Source: the human T2T-CHM13v2.0 reference genome, Homo sapiens. From it: a stretch of DNA of 64,000 nucleotides. Below the pieces are notes generated by a model. It made no database searches. It saw nothing but the letters and a program-made list of their open reading frames with translations, and was not told the DNA's origin. Numbering within the stretch: position 1 is the first letter of the stretch; the number at the start of each line of letters is the position of its first letter. Of the stretch, positions 1 to 15,588 are shown piece after piece. The stretch lies in NCBI RefSeq assembly GCF_009914755.1, contig NC_060936.1, one strand, 5' to 3'. The position numbers were made by a program, and so were the translations under genes.

Positions 1-1724
1 AATGTTGACTATGAGAATAATTCCATTTAGGAGCAATCAGAGCCATCAACCTCTGGCTAGAATTCTACTCGGAACATGAAGATCTTTTAAAAATTTGCCT
101 CTAGGCAAAAATAATTCAAGTCAAAGGAACCATTTGGATGCATTCATCTGTTCTCTTCCTCCCTACCTCCAGTCTGCCCCTCTCAAACCACACATTCTTA
201 AAAACACCTTCCCAAATCATTTTCAACTGCCTCCATCTATCCCCACCGGCCTTTATGATCTTTAGACATGCAACCAAATGCTGCTCCCATGGCAACAGCC
301 TGAAGAAAGTAAACTTTTAATTATGCCACATGAAAATGGAGAGCTCCGTGAGTCCTCTCTGCCTTTTCTTTTAGTGCAAATACAGTTCCGGATTCCATGG
401 GCGGTCTTGCTTTCTAAAATCTCCAGACGTTCAAAGGAGGATGATCATCACGCTTTATCTCTAAGTGTCTTCATGGAAAGTTTGCATCTAGTGTGTTTCA
501 AAGTCCCCCAAAGAGAAGCTTTCATATTCAAGAGCAAAGTAACTGAATTTGAAACTTTTATTAATAATGTAAAAGGCTTGCGTGACACGCAGAAGCTGGA
601 AAAATATGGGGAAATCAGAGGAGACTTTGCTTTATCAAAGAGCAGCCAAATAAAGGTTGGGCTTGCTTCTGCGGTGGGAGGAGGGGAGAAACGCCTCCAG
701 GGAGGAGGTCAATGTCTTTTTCTCCACTTGAGTGCTAGGACTTTGGGACTGAGGACCACCAATTCAGTCCTAGGGAATGCCTAGGCGTTTTACAAAAATA
801 CACGTGGGTATCAATTTTCAATCCAGCCCTGCTGATACCCCCTAGGGGAGCAGAGAGCCTCTCTAAATGTTTTCCCGCAATTCCCAGGCATGACCTCCAG
901 GTTGTACCTAGAGGGAAAACGGGTCATTTGCTTCTTGTTCTTAAAGCGGCAAATTGCTCATCTTAGCAGCAGGTCACGCACTGAAAGCCCCTTGCAGAGG
1001 TCTGTGCCGGCTTCTTCCAGATCTTTAGTTTGGTTTTAGAACTTGTGGCACCTTTGATTTTACCTTGTGTTTTCTCGTAGAAAAGTTCGGTTAACAGGTG
1101 GGTACAATAACTCCATTAACTTACATCACGTTTCTCTTTTTCCCAACCTAATCTGTAATTCTCTAAGTTCTAGGAATTTTTTTAAGTCTTTGCAAATGAG
1201 AAGGAAGAAAAAGAATCTCAATTGTTATGCCATTTAATAATGGTGAGCCTACTTGTGGAAATTTAGGTAAAGGTATGATTTGGTATTTTTTTTAACCTAA
1301 TAAGTATCACATCGTATTAAGAAATTATTAGATTGAGTCACAGATTTTTGGAAGAATATTTATATATATATATAATAGAAGTTATATGGGTACCAGGAAT
1401 ATAATTCAGCCAGGGAGAGGACCATGTCTGGAGACCACCAGTCTTTTATTTCCATGTATTTCTCAAAAAGGAAGGCCAGGGGGCCTGCTCAAATCTAGAC
1501 ACCTTTATTCTTAACTTTTGGTTAAAGTATAACATACAGAGAAGTTATAAGTCATGAATGTGTCATCCAAAGATTAATCTCAAAGTAAACACACCTACGT
1601 ACCCAACACCACTCTCAAAAAGAGAAGGTCACCGGCCAAGCACCTTCTAAATAGGTATGCATGTTGTCAAAATCACTCCCAAAGCATTTTCACCCATTGA
1701 CCCTCCTTCAAGCAGTGGGAATGA

Positions 1725-2141
<417 letters not shown>

Positions 2142-2278
2142 TAAAATGTTGAGTGAAGCTGATTTTGAGTGAAGAAATTTCTTGTGTTTATTGACTTCTG
2201 TGATACACCTGATTCGTTGTTTTGTTATAACAACAAGTAAACAAAGCCAGCCTGATCTACCCATCAGGATCTGTTTAA

Positions 2279-2728
<450 letters not shown>

Positions 2729-2869
2729 TTAATCTTGGTTTTAAAAAGAAAAAAGGATGTGTATATGCATCACAGAATTCTGGAAGAATATTCTAGAAAT
2801 CGTTCCAGTAGTTATCTCTGTCAAATAGGGCAGGGGAAGGGGTGGGGGAAAATTTTCACCTTTAAATTT

Positions 2870-3600
2870 AAAACAAATGTATTTGCAATAGTTTTAGATT
2901 TACAGAAAAATTGTAAAGATAGTACCGAGGCTGTAAACCTAAAACCACTCTTAAAAATAAAGTTTATTAGTTTAAATTTGTTAAAAAGTTAATACCGAGA
3001 ACTCCCGTGTACCCTTTAGCCAGTTTTATTTCCCCAAATGTTATCCTCTCATCTTCCCATGTCCATTTGTCAAAGCTGAGACACCAGCCTTGGCACTCAC
3101 TACTGTCTGAACCTCAGACCTCATTCCAACGTCCCCAGTTCCCCCTTAGGCTCCTGTTCCTGTTCCAGGGTCCCGTCGGGAGCTCATGCTGCAGAGGGTC
3201 ATCCTGGCTCCTTCGGGTCCTCCTGACTGTGGCCACTTCTCAGTCTTTGTTTTTCAAGTTTGTCAGGCATGTTATAGAACATCCTTCAGGTGGGGTTTGT
3301 CAGGTGCTTTTCGTCACAATTAGACTGGGTTTGAGGGAAGAACGGCGGAAGCAACGTGCCCTTGTCTTCACATCATATGGGGCAGTCACGAGGTGTAAAC
3401 CTTGGCGACCAGGTGGCATCTGCCAGGTGTCTCCACTTTTCCCTTTCCCTGAGCTGTGCAGAAGTGAGTCCCTAAGTGCTGGGGGAGGGGGCGTAGGAAG
3501 GGTTAGTTAAGCTCCTCCTCCCCCGGGAACATCCACTCATTTTATTTGTCATTCTTCTTTTACATTTAAACCCTTCTGCGAGATTTCCCTTTCAACCTAT
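2870..3600 (-). mobile_element. Old L1M (L1MC/MD-like) 3' fragment
   Basis: tagttttagatttacagaaaaattgtaaagatagtac...actccc is typical of antisense L1M 3' ends. Confidence 0.6.
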
Positions 3601-5689
3601 GCACGTATTATTCCATAATTTAAACATATAGTTCCCCAAACAAACAAACAACTAGAAACAAATGTAAGTCGCTGGACAAAACTCAGGGGTCGGATTCCCT
3701 GGCCCTTAGCCAAAAGCAAAGCTTTCCGTTCTCCGGGAAAGAAAATAAACCCAGTCCCCTTTGAGATCCAGGGCAGGGGAGAGGAAAATGACTCGGAAAC
3801 CCTGTTGTGAGAAGCACGTTGCTATCCCGGATGAAGGGCCATTTCAGCCCTAAGCTCAAAGCCGGAGCTCCGACCAGCACTCTCAGGACGCCTGGGTGCT
3901 GGCCACGTGGTTGAGCCAGGCAGGAGGAGGCGTTGTCAGGGGCACAGAAGAAACCAGAAACTCATTAGCTGGGACCCCAGCCGGGACCTTTGCCCCACTG
4001 GTGACCTTGGGAAAGCCTCTTAGCTTCCTTGGCCACTTCCGTGGTGGTCGAGTGAGGATTCCGAGTTCTGCCTGCCTGCGTGAAAAATATCTTTTGATGA
4101 TTGATTAGCTAATGCTTGGAAACAGCTCCGGCACTGGAAGCCAGTTCCCCAGAAAGTGCTAAGCAGTGTTATTAAGGGATCAAACAGGAAGGCCTTTGTG
4201 TGTGATGCCAAGATGATTTTGTTAAATTATGAAACTTGCTTTGATAAACTGCCTGGAGGTGCCATCTGTGACATGCTTAATGTTTTTTTCCCCACTTCCC
4301 TGAGCTTATTGAATTATTTGTACACAATTTATTTTACTTTCATAGGGCATTAAATTACTCTGAGACCTTGAAATATTTTACAGCCAATTCAAGGCATCTG
4401 GAGGCTGTCAGGAGGGTTTTTGATGGATTTTGTCTTTAGGAGATGAAACAGGGGGAGTATTCTACAAATGAGGGAGGGCGGGACCTGTTGCATGTAAAAG
4501 TTGCTTTCAACTCTGTTTAACATGGGTGCTTTAAATTTTCAGCTGCTGCGGAAATGCTTTTATAAAATACATGAAGGAATCGAGGTACATTTAATCATCT
4601 CTGTATCTTAATCAGGAACATTTATCAAAGCCCTTTATTAGGGGAAATTTGAAATGTATACCAACGGAGAGAAAATACGATGGCTCCTGGTGGATTTATT
4701 ACACTGCTGCAGCGATCCTCAAACTGAGGCCGGCCTCTGTGGTCTCTATGCCTACTCCTTCCATGAACCCCACGGGGAAGTCTGAAGCAGCTTCCAGATA
4801 CCACAGCGGCATTTCATGAGTAAATAAGAATGCTATTTTTGAGTAGCCCAAGAGTTGTGCTGTTCTCACCGGGGATGCTTAACTATGACCTTGGAAAAGC
4901 TCCTCCTCGCCCTGGCAGGGGTCAAAGTCGCTAGGAGGTGGGTCACTGGCTGGAACAAGCCAGGTGTGAAAAGTCAGCGCTCGCAGGGGACCCCAGTCCT
5001 GAATGTTCACCTTCCAGGACAGCGTCTTCTGACGGGTCCTGGGCATGAGCGCCGCGCTCCTCGGGAAGCACACAGAAGTGTTTTTATTGGATCATCTGTG
5101 ATGTCGCAGAGTGGGGAGTCAAGTCGCCGGCACTCCCTGACAGGCTGTGCTATTCCAGGCACCCTCCTTTAACCTCTAGCTGCAAAGCTTCCTCCTCTAA
5201 CTTTCCTTCTGCTGTGCTTTCCCGAAGCTGACAGCAGCACCTTGACCGCAGTGTTATGGTTCTCAAAGTTTTCTGTCCATTGGAATCTGCCGGGCAGCTG
5301 GCTAAAAATCTTGACTGCTCTCATACATCACTGATGGACGTGCGGGTTGATACAACTTAACGGGGAATGCAATGGGGTCAAAACTATCCAACATTTCAAA
5401 TGCATATACCATTTGACCCTGAAATAGGAAACTGTCTTAGACAGACTTGCCCACGTGGATTTTTTATTACACCAAAATACCTGGAAGCCATCTAAAATGG
5501 CTAGCCACATAAAAACATGGATGGCAGTCCCTCCGTACGATGTAATATAATGCAGGCATTAAAAAGGAAAAGGGAAATTTTAAAAAAGAAAGGAGCAAGG
5601 TGCAGAACTACGGAAACAATGTTACCACGGGAGGAAGGAAGACAGAATACATGTGTATGTCCTTGTGTGTAGGTATCAATATATAGATA

Positions 5690-6215
5690 CTATGATGGTT
5701 CGTTTCATGTGTCAACTTAACTGGACTAAGGGATTCCCAGATAGCTGGTTAACATTCTTTCTAGGTGTGTCTGTGAGATTGTTTCTGGAAAAGATTGTCA
5801 TTTGAGTTGTTAGATTGAGCAAAGAAGGTCTGCTCTTGCTAGCGTGGGTGGCATCATCCAGTGTGTGGGAAGTCCAAATGGAGCACAGAGGCGGAGAAGG
5901 GGCGAAGTTACTCGCCCTGTGTGATCTGGAACATCCATCCTCTCCGGCCTGCAGGCATCAGAGCTCCTGGGCCGCCGGCCTTTGGACCCGGATCAAGACT
6001 TACACTACCTGCCCCTGCTTCTCAGGCCTTCGGACTTGCACCAAATGACTCTACAAGCTTTTCTGGTTCTCCAACTTGTAGGCAGTAGATCATAAGGCTT
6101 CTTGGCCTCCATAGTCTCATAAACTACTTCCTATAATAAATAAGTAAATATTATATGTATGTGTATATAAATATATGTGTGTGTATTGGTTCTGTTTCTC
6201 TGGAGAAACCTAATA
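5690..6215 (+). mobile_element. MLT2 (ERVL) solo LTR
   Basis: tgatggtt...tgtgtcaacttaactggactaagggattcccagatagctgg ... ttggttctgtttctctggagaaacct. Confidence 0.85.
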
Positions 6216-6325
6216 GAGATACACTTATGTGTTTATCTTCATAAAGGAGACGGAATATATTTACACACATAGATTATATATATATAATAGACACCTACTT
6301 GCCTATACTCATATCCACCATTTAA

Positions 6326-7218
<893 letters not shown>

Positions 7219-7780
7219 TTTAACACATGCATGTATAGGCCTAAAATAGCTCTGTAGAGATACCCAAGCAATTGAACCAATGTCCAGTTGCTTCTGAGTA
7301 GGGGAACGTAGTGGCTGGAGGTCAAGAGTGAGTAGGAGAAAGACTTATGTTTTACAATATATTCTTTGGTACTGATAAATTTGGTACTATATGCATATAT
7401 TCCCTTTACATAAAGATAAATAAAGTTATTTGTTTATGTCCATTGCCCGGACTCCTCTCCAGACCTACTGAAGCAGCCTCTTCAAGCATCCAGCCCAGGC
7501 ATCCGTTTTTTTAACACACCTGTTCTTGTTCTCCTGACACACTCCCTCGTTGAGAATCTCTGCCCTCGGGCTCTGCACTTCTGATATAGATTAACATGCA
7601 TTTACAGCGTGGGCAAGTGGCTATGCTTTGTCTCCCGAACTACCTAAGCTTTTGAGGGCAAGGACTGAATTTTTTACATTTATGCATGGAAGATGGGAAA
7701 ATGTTGAATATATTCACTTCAATAAATGCCAAGAATACAGCAGTACCATAGCCTGATACTCAAACTACTGCTTGGACCAA

Positions 7781-8350
7781 CTGTGGTAGATAAAAAATGA
7801 CTACACATTCTTTGCTCCCTCTCCCATTGAGAGGTGGAATTAAATTCCCTTTCTCTTGAACATGAGCTGGCCTTGGTGATGATTTGCTTGATCCATAGAA
7901 TAAAGTAGAAGGAATGCTCTGAGCCTTCTGGGACTATGGGATAAGAAGCCTTGCAGCTTTCACTCGGGCCTCCTGGAACACTCACTCTGGGAGAAGCCAG
8001 CTACCGTGAAACAAGTCAGTCTATCCTGAGCCCACCATGCTGTGAGGAAGCCCAAGAAGCTCTGTGGAGAAGACTATGTGGAAGGAGCAGAGACCTCCAG
8101 CCAGCAACCCCAGCTGAGCTCCCAACTGAGAGCCGATACCAACCTGCTGCGCACGTGAGTGAGCCATCCAGGTAGCAGATCCTCCAGCCAGATGAAGTAG
8201 CCCAGCCAACACTGCATGGAGCTAAGATGAGCGCCCACTACCAAGTTCCACCCAAACTGCAGATTCATAAGCAAAATAAATGATTGTTGTTTCTTTAGGC
8301 CACTAAGTTTCAGAGTAGTTTGTTTTTCATTAATAGATAACTGGAATACT
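7781..8350 (+). mobile_element. MLT1 (F/G/H-like) MaLR solo LTR
   Basis: tgtggtagataaaaaatgactacacattctttgctccctctcccattgagaggtgga ... gccactaagttt...atagataactggaatac. Confidence 0.8.
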
Positions 8351-11300
8351 CTCTGCGCAGTACAATTGTATCCAAGTGTCCTATTATGCAATTTGTGTCA
8401 AAAGGTTCTATTAGTTCGCACTGGTGAATAATTACAACCATTTTTGGGCATTCACCACTTGCCAGCCTTCATGCTAAATACACTCTTTAAAACTTATGAG
8501 ATGCATATTATCTCCATTTGACAAATTCTACAGAGAACATAAATGCAGTGAACACCACCAAGAGACATCTACTCAGCCTCCCTTTTCTTGAAACAGGCTC
8601 TCTTCAACCATACAGTTGCAGCCAGGGACTGCCAGTAACTGTGTTCAAACAGTGTGGACCAGCATCCACACACCAGCCAATGACACCAGGAAAGGGTGTT
8701 TCACCTGAGTGGGACCAGAGTTTCTTCCCTGGGAATCGGGAGGTGGAGCTACGAGGTTGTAGGCTTGATTTGACTTGAAAAGAAGACTTGAACATAGGAG
8801 AGACGCTGGTGGCATTGCCACCCCGCGGACTGAGAAGCGATGAGGGTCAGGTCTGAACCGTGAGCGGAGTGTGTGGCAAAGACACGCAAAGGAAAGTGAA
8901 GCAAGAAGCCAGGCCCAGGTCCAGCCACTCCACACCTCCTGGGTTTCCACGTTGGGTCCCCACTCTCTTTCTGTGGGCTCTGCTGTTTTTTATCAGTTTT
9001 GAGGAAAGTGAATCTGCTTACATTCCAAGAGTAACATTTGCCCAGGACCCCACCGCCGACAAGCAGTAGAGCCAAGATGGGAAGCCCGGCCTGTGCTCCT
9101 GGCCTCCTGACCCCTCAGTCGCTGTGGGGGTGGGTGGGCCCTTTTCTGCGCTTTCTACAATTTAATGAAAATTCAGCGAAGTTCAAGCATCCACAAGAAC
9201 ACTCAGCTTTTCCTCTAGCACTACAAGTGGGAGCCCTCTCTCCATTCATCCTGCTGATTTTTAGATACATTTTAGATGAGGTAGCTGACGTCCATATCCT
9301 CCACTTGTAAATATTGAATATGCAGACCTTCCTCAATCTCCCTCCATAACAGAAACAAACACCACACATCCCCACTACTCAGTGCTGACAACTCTTCCTG
9401 CTTTGTCCCCCCTTCTGAACAGCAAGAGTTCGTAACCAGCAGCAGAACGGAGCAGCAGAACATACTCTTCAAGACCCTATCTTTACAGCATTTTACGACA
9501 GCAACTTTAAAACATGCATTCAAGTTGGAAGATTTACAGCACAAATACCCACTGCACCCATGGGTAGCATGTACCCTTTTCACCATTAACACTTACCCAG
9601 TTCAATCTATCACACGTCTCCTCATTATCCATCCCTCTATCCAACCATTACTGCATCTTATTTTTAATATCATTTCCCCGTCCTTTGCAGACCTCAGTCT
9701 CCTCCCCACCTCACGCATCAGCAAGCACCTTTCTTTGACTGTGCTCTAGAACCGTGACCTCTGAGGTACCTCCCCACCACCCCATTGTCAGGGGCAGTTT
9801 TAAAAGGAGAAAGAAAAAAACAACTTTGGAGCAGAAATTTAGAAGAAACTATAATGTTTGTGATATAATTCATAAAATCATTGAGTGGATCGATTTCTCC
9901 TTGAGATGTCCTCCATATTAACTGTCCCTGTGTAAATGCACAATGAAATTAAAGGAAATACAATGTAGGTTTGCCTCTCTATTACTGCATGAAATTAAGT
10001 AGCAGATTTGATTTTTGCAAAAATTAACTTGTATTTCACGAGCGCCACATTATACAGGCAACTTACCAACTATACTACACTCATCCTTTTTTTCCCCCTC
10101 TAAGGAGCACTTTTATTAGTTACCAGATCTCTAACATAAAACATGTGCTTAAGAGAAAACAGCCCTATGATCCCTTCCCCTTCGCCTAAGGTCTGTCGTT
10201 GGCATCTCCCGACTGACAGAGATTAATGGGCCATTCCCCACGTGTGTTTTCCCTCTGTTTCATGCTCCACAAGTTTTATTTTTCTTAGCAGTTGTAAACG
10301 TTTGGAGATCAGATATGACTCGTAGACCTTAGCAGCACTGAGCTTAAAGAGCATTTCAGGAGAAAAATGGGCAGGAATACTTCTCACCTATAATCAATAC
10401 ATGATGTAATTCTCTTGAAGAGTATTGGTAATTGTCATAAAGATTTATGGAGCACTTACTACATGTCCAGCTCTATGCTGCACTTTGCACGTAGCTTCTT
10501 ATCTAATCCTATCAAGGACAGGGAGGCTGTGAGCAAGTTGTTCCCTTCTTTAGGATCTAGGGCCAACCCATTAAGTTGAAATTAACTTAATAAAGGGACA
10601 ATTTCTCTGTTGGCTGCACAAAATCAAGTTTAGGACTTTTGGTGAAAATGAACTTTTAGTGATGTGCCTACCTTCGGAAAGAATAATCACAGGTAATATC
10701 CATTGCACACTTGCAATGTTCCGGGTGCTGGACCAAGCACAGAGCTTTCTATCTGTCCCATTGACTTTTGTGATGCCCTGAGGTAGGTCCTGGTGTCTTC
10801 TCCATTTTACATGTGAGGAAGGTGAATTCGCAAGAAGCTAAAGACATCTAAGTATCTCTAGAGAGTAAATGTTTTGAAAGCCGGCTATCTGGCATATCAG
10901 TTGGTTCCATTTCTAAGTTTGAAGAGGCCAGGAATGGCGTCATTCATTCCATTGACAGAGGTTGATCGAAGGCCTCCCAGGTGCAAGCAGGTGTGAATGC
11001 TGGGTGAGCTCAGACACACAGCCTCACGTCTTCTCCCCGGCATCCAGCACAGCCGGATGGGTTGTGGAAGAGTCACTCATCTGTTTCTGTGCCGGCCCAC
11101 TGTACCTCCAGCCAGTGTAATTTATTTTGTTCCTCCTTTTTGATAATGGGTGCATTGCTCTTTGTCTCCAGACAGCATTTTTCACTCCTTCCTCTCTCTT
11201 GTCTGTAAATTAGTTGGTTGTATCTCCAGGAAGCAGAGACCAAACCAGAAAGCATCACTCCAGATGTCTAGCAGGGAATGCCCCTGGGGTCAATACCCAC

Positions 11301-11383
11301 AGCACATGGTATGTGCCAGAAATAGCCTCAGCAGTGTTTCCCATCCCAGCACTGGTGAGTCCTCCAACAAGGGGTGGGGTCTA

Positions 11384-12310
11384 TGCTCTATTGACTGTGT
11401 ATTTTATTTTCTGTACCCTGAGGCTTTGACATCGGGGCCTTGCTGACCCTGGAGAGACGGGCCCTCCCGGGCTTAGCCAATGCCTAGCAGTAGTGAACAA
11501 TCCACCGGCAAGTGCTGTTTTCAAATGCAAACCAGTCAATCCAGAGTCCATACCCCAACCACTCCTCTGCGGGGCTCTCACACCCTGGATCATTATCCAC
11601 CTGTTCCAATCATGCCAAGACCAGGCACCAGACAACCAGGGAGGCTCCTAGGCCCAGTACCTACCGGAGTTACTCAGGCCAGTCAATGATAAGCACGCTT
11701 ACCCTGCCTTGCCTGATGCATTAGTTCATTTTCATGCTGCTAATAAAGACATACCCGAGGCTGGGTAATTTATAAAGGAAAGAGGTTTAGTGGACTCCCA
11801 GGTCTACATGGCTGGGGAGGCCTCACAGTCATGGCAGAAGGTGAATGAAGAGCAAAGGCACGTCTTACATGGCGGCAGGCAAGAGAGGGTGTGCAGGGGA
11901 ATTGCCCTTTGTAAAACCATCAGATCTCGTGAGACTTATTCACTACCACGAGAACAGCACAAGACAGACCCACATCTGTGATTCAATTACCTCCCACTGG
12001 GTTCCTGCCACAACACATGGGAATTATGGGAGCTACAGTTCAAGATGAGACTTGGGTGGGGACACAGCCAAACCCTATCACCTGCTCCTCCTACAGAAAT
12101 TCCCAGAAAGGCTCTGGCCCACAGCTTCTCCCTCTGCCTCTGCCTCCTGCTGTATCTGGTGCTCCCGAGTGGCCTGGCGTGGCCTGGCATGGTGTGGCAT
12201 GTCCCCTCCTCTTGGGAACTGTAACAAACTATCTTTTCAAAGGCCGTCATCTCCTGATTTGTTGGCCTTACTATACTTCAAATGTTCTATTATACACTGT
12301 ATTTAAAACA
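11384..12310 (+). mobile_element. MER74-like ERVL LTR interrupted by THE1
   Basis: ctttgacatcggggccttgctgaccctggag...tgcaaaccagtcaatccagag...cttgggaactgtaacaaactatcttttcaa...taaaaca matches the recalled MER74A consensus. Confidence 0.8.
11717..12080 (-). mobile_element. THE1 (C-like) MaLR solo LTR
   Basis: Complete ~364 bp reverse LTR (cattagttcattttcatgctgctaataaagacatacccgag ... ggggacacagccaaaccctatca); 5-bp TSD cctga/cctgc. Confidence 0.93.
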
Positions 12311-13089
12311 TGCCCTTTCCCCTTAAACTGGATCTCTGTGCCTGTCTTTCTAATGAAGTCTAGCAGGACCAGGGCTGCCTGGCTTCCAAGACTAGGCTGT
12401 GAAAGGTGACACATCCTCCGCCAGTGCTCTCAGCAGGCACACTTAGGATGTGTGCACCACCGTGCAGGGAGTCCAGGTGCTCTGGGGCATACTCTGGAGG
12501 TTCGCATGGAGCAGCTGCCGAGAGCTGGAACGGCCCAGAGAGCCCAGTGCTCCAGGCCCAGCTGCGTATTCCCCGGGTGCCAGCCCCACACCCTCTTTCT
12601 GCATGGAAACCACTCCAATGTGTCTAGAATTCTGTCATTTATAATAAGATGACCGTGCTCTAAGCCCCCAGAGTTTGGAAGGATTCTTTACACAGCCGGA
12701 GGGGTGTGGGACAGCACCTGCTGGGGAGGAAAGAGGCAGGCTGGGTGATGGGAAACATCGAGGTAGGTGCAGCCCCATGGAAGCAGCAGCAACCCCCAGA
12801 GGCCCTGACACCGGGCCCTGCAGAGTCCTCTGACGCTGAGGAGAGGGGATGCACCTACATGCCCCCAGAGGCCTGCCGTCCCTGCAGAGCAGCACAACCT
12901 TGGGGCAGGGAAGACTGTAGGGGTGACTCAGCCTCAAGGCCTCCACTGTCAGGTCAGCTGGGGAATAGGACTGTGTCCACAACCGGTGGGATCTGGTGGC
13001 ATGGTGTCCATCAGCCCCAATGCTAACGGTGCCTCCTTGGCGGCATCTGTTGGGGTCATACAGAGGAGTGCCCATGAAAGGACGGGTGT

Positions 13090-13945
13090 TTGCTGTGTGG
13101 AACAGTCTGGTGGTTTCTCAAAAGGTCAAACTCAGAAGAACCCCATGACCTGACCAGTCCACCCAAGAGAAATGAAAGCGCGTTTCCTCACCCAGATGCA
13201 CACACAGAGGGATGTTCACAGCAGCACCATTTCCAGGAGCCAGAATGTGGAAACAGCCCCAAAGTCCTTCAATGGATGCCTGGATGAATAAACGTGGTGT
13301 ACACATGTGACGGAATATGATTCAGCCACGAAAAAGAATGCGTCACCAACACAAGCGACAGCCTGGAGGAGCCGGGAAAACATGCTTGGAGACAGAAGCC
13401 AGACACGGAAAGCCACATGGCCTGAGTCCATGTGTGTAAAGTGTCCAGAGGAGGAAAGCCTGTGCAGACTGGAAGGAGAGGACTGCGTGCCACGGGCTGG
13501 GTGAGGGGACGGGGACGTGGGGAGTGACTGCTCAGTCGGTACGTGGTTTCTTTTGGGGGTGATGGAAATGTTCTAAAGTTTGGTAGTGCCCATAATCACC
13601 AGACCCGTGAATATTTTAAGAACCATGAGGAGTTCGAGATCAGCCTGGCTAACATGGTGAAACCCCGCCGTTTCTACTAAAAATACAAAAAATTAACCAG
13701 GCATGGTGGCACATGTCTGTAATCCCAGCTACTCAGGAGGCTGAGGCGGGAGAATCGCTTGAACCAAGGAGGCGGAGGTTGCAGTGAGCCGAGATCACGC
13801 CTTGCACTCCAGCTTGGGCGGCAAGAGCGAAACTCCTTCTCAAAAAAAAAAAAACAAACAAACAAACAAAAAAAAAAACACACCATGAAATTTTTACATA
13901 TTAAACTGGTGAATTTTGTGGCTTGTGGATTATAGCTTACTTTAT
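13090..13945 (+). mobile_element. L1MB-like 3' end with a 5'-truncated Alu inserted (13628-13880)
   Basis: tgtggaacagtctggtggtttctcaaaaggtcaaac ... ttcttttgggggtgatggaaatgttcta; Alu begins at aggagttcgagatcagcc. Confidence 0.8.
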
Positions 13946-15208
13946 AATAGATACAGAAAGCTCTGGTGGCAGAATGCCAGGGCTAGAAACCCGATTGCCA
14001 CCCACAAGCTCTGTGACCCGAAGGAGGTTTCTCAGCCTCTCAGGGCTCAGTTTCTTCGTCTGCAACGTGGGGGCAACAATTGGGCCGACCACGCAGGGCC
14101 TGGACTGAAATGGCCGATGTGTGCACAGAGTTTAGGGCGGTGGCGGGCAGGTGGGCTGTGTGCCCTCCGTGTCGGCCGTGACTGCCTGCCCTCCCTCTCT
14201 CCCTCCAGTTCCCATGCCCAGACCCTCCTCCCTCATTCCTGGGCAGCTGCGCACAACGCCTGCTCATCTTCCGGCTTCAGCTTCAGCCTGGAGGAGTCTG
14301 TTTCGTTTGCCTGAGAAAGCATTTGCTCATAGAAGCCTGCGTGGATGCGGCAGGCAGCAGGCTCTGGCCACGCCGCCTCCCGCAAGCCCCCTCTGCCGTC
14401 TGTCCCACTCTTAGACGGTAGATGCTGTCAGGACCCCTGCCCGGGACTTGGGGCATGGAACTATCTGCAGGTCTAGCTGGAGGCAGGGTCAGGATTCCGC
14501 TCACTGGGCTGGAAGGTCCGTGGGTAGGATGTTGTGTGGCTCCGAGCTGCACCCAGAACCTAGCCCGTCCCCGGCAGGCAGGAGGGGCTCCACAAACACT
14601 TATTGGGTGAATAGGCTGCGACTTCAGCAACTGCCTGCAGGAAGGTCCCTGGGGACAAACACTGTTCTACGGCCAGCTCTCCACAGTGGAGGGTACCATT
14701 GGGTGCTTCTAGGGGTTCACTCGGCTCGTCTGCGAGCTGGGCAGATGGGCAGGGCTCCGGGCCTGCCATACAGAGGCGGCCTGGGCTGTGTGTCTCATTC
14801 ACACTATCTTGGAGCATGAGCCGGCTCAGGCTTCCCCTCACTGACCTGCCCAGCCTTTCTCCAGAGCTGCAGGGTTGAGGCTGTGGCTTCAAAGAGCAGG
14901 GAGGCCTGACAGAGCCCCTGCAGAGAGGCCAGGAGGAGCTTGGCATGCCCCCTGGGCTGGCCCAAGGGCAGGGCAGACCCTTGACCTCCCCATGGGGGCT
15001 GCTGACCCTGGAGCAGAGGCACCAGAGGCCGGGCTTGGCCTGGGGCCCTACCAGCTGCAGGTCATCCCTCTCCTCCGAAACACACGGCCATCTCAGAGCC
15101 AGAGCAAGGGCGGTGCGGGCTGGGGTCTGCGGTCCCCACTGGAAGGTCACCAGGGGCCCAGGGCCTGCTCTCAAGTTTGTCACAGTCTGTTTAGAAAACA
15201 AAATATGG

Positions 15209-15588
<380 letters not shown>

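Noticed and set aside
278-784. 168-aa ORF
   Set aside because: No recognisable domain, splice context or codon bias; consistent with chance.
3406-3419. CTCF-like motif cgaccaggtggcat (another at 61928-61941)
   Set aside because: Single imperfect matches are expected by chance in 64 kb; not supportable without ChIP data.
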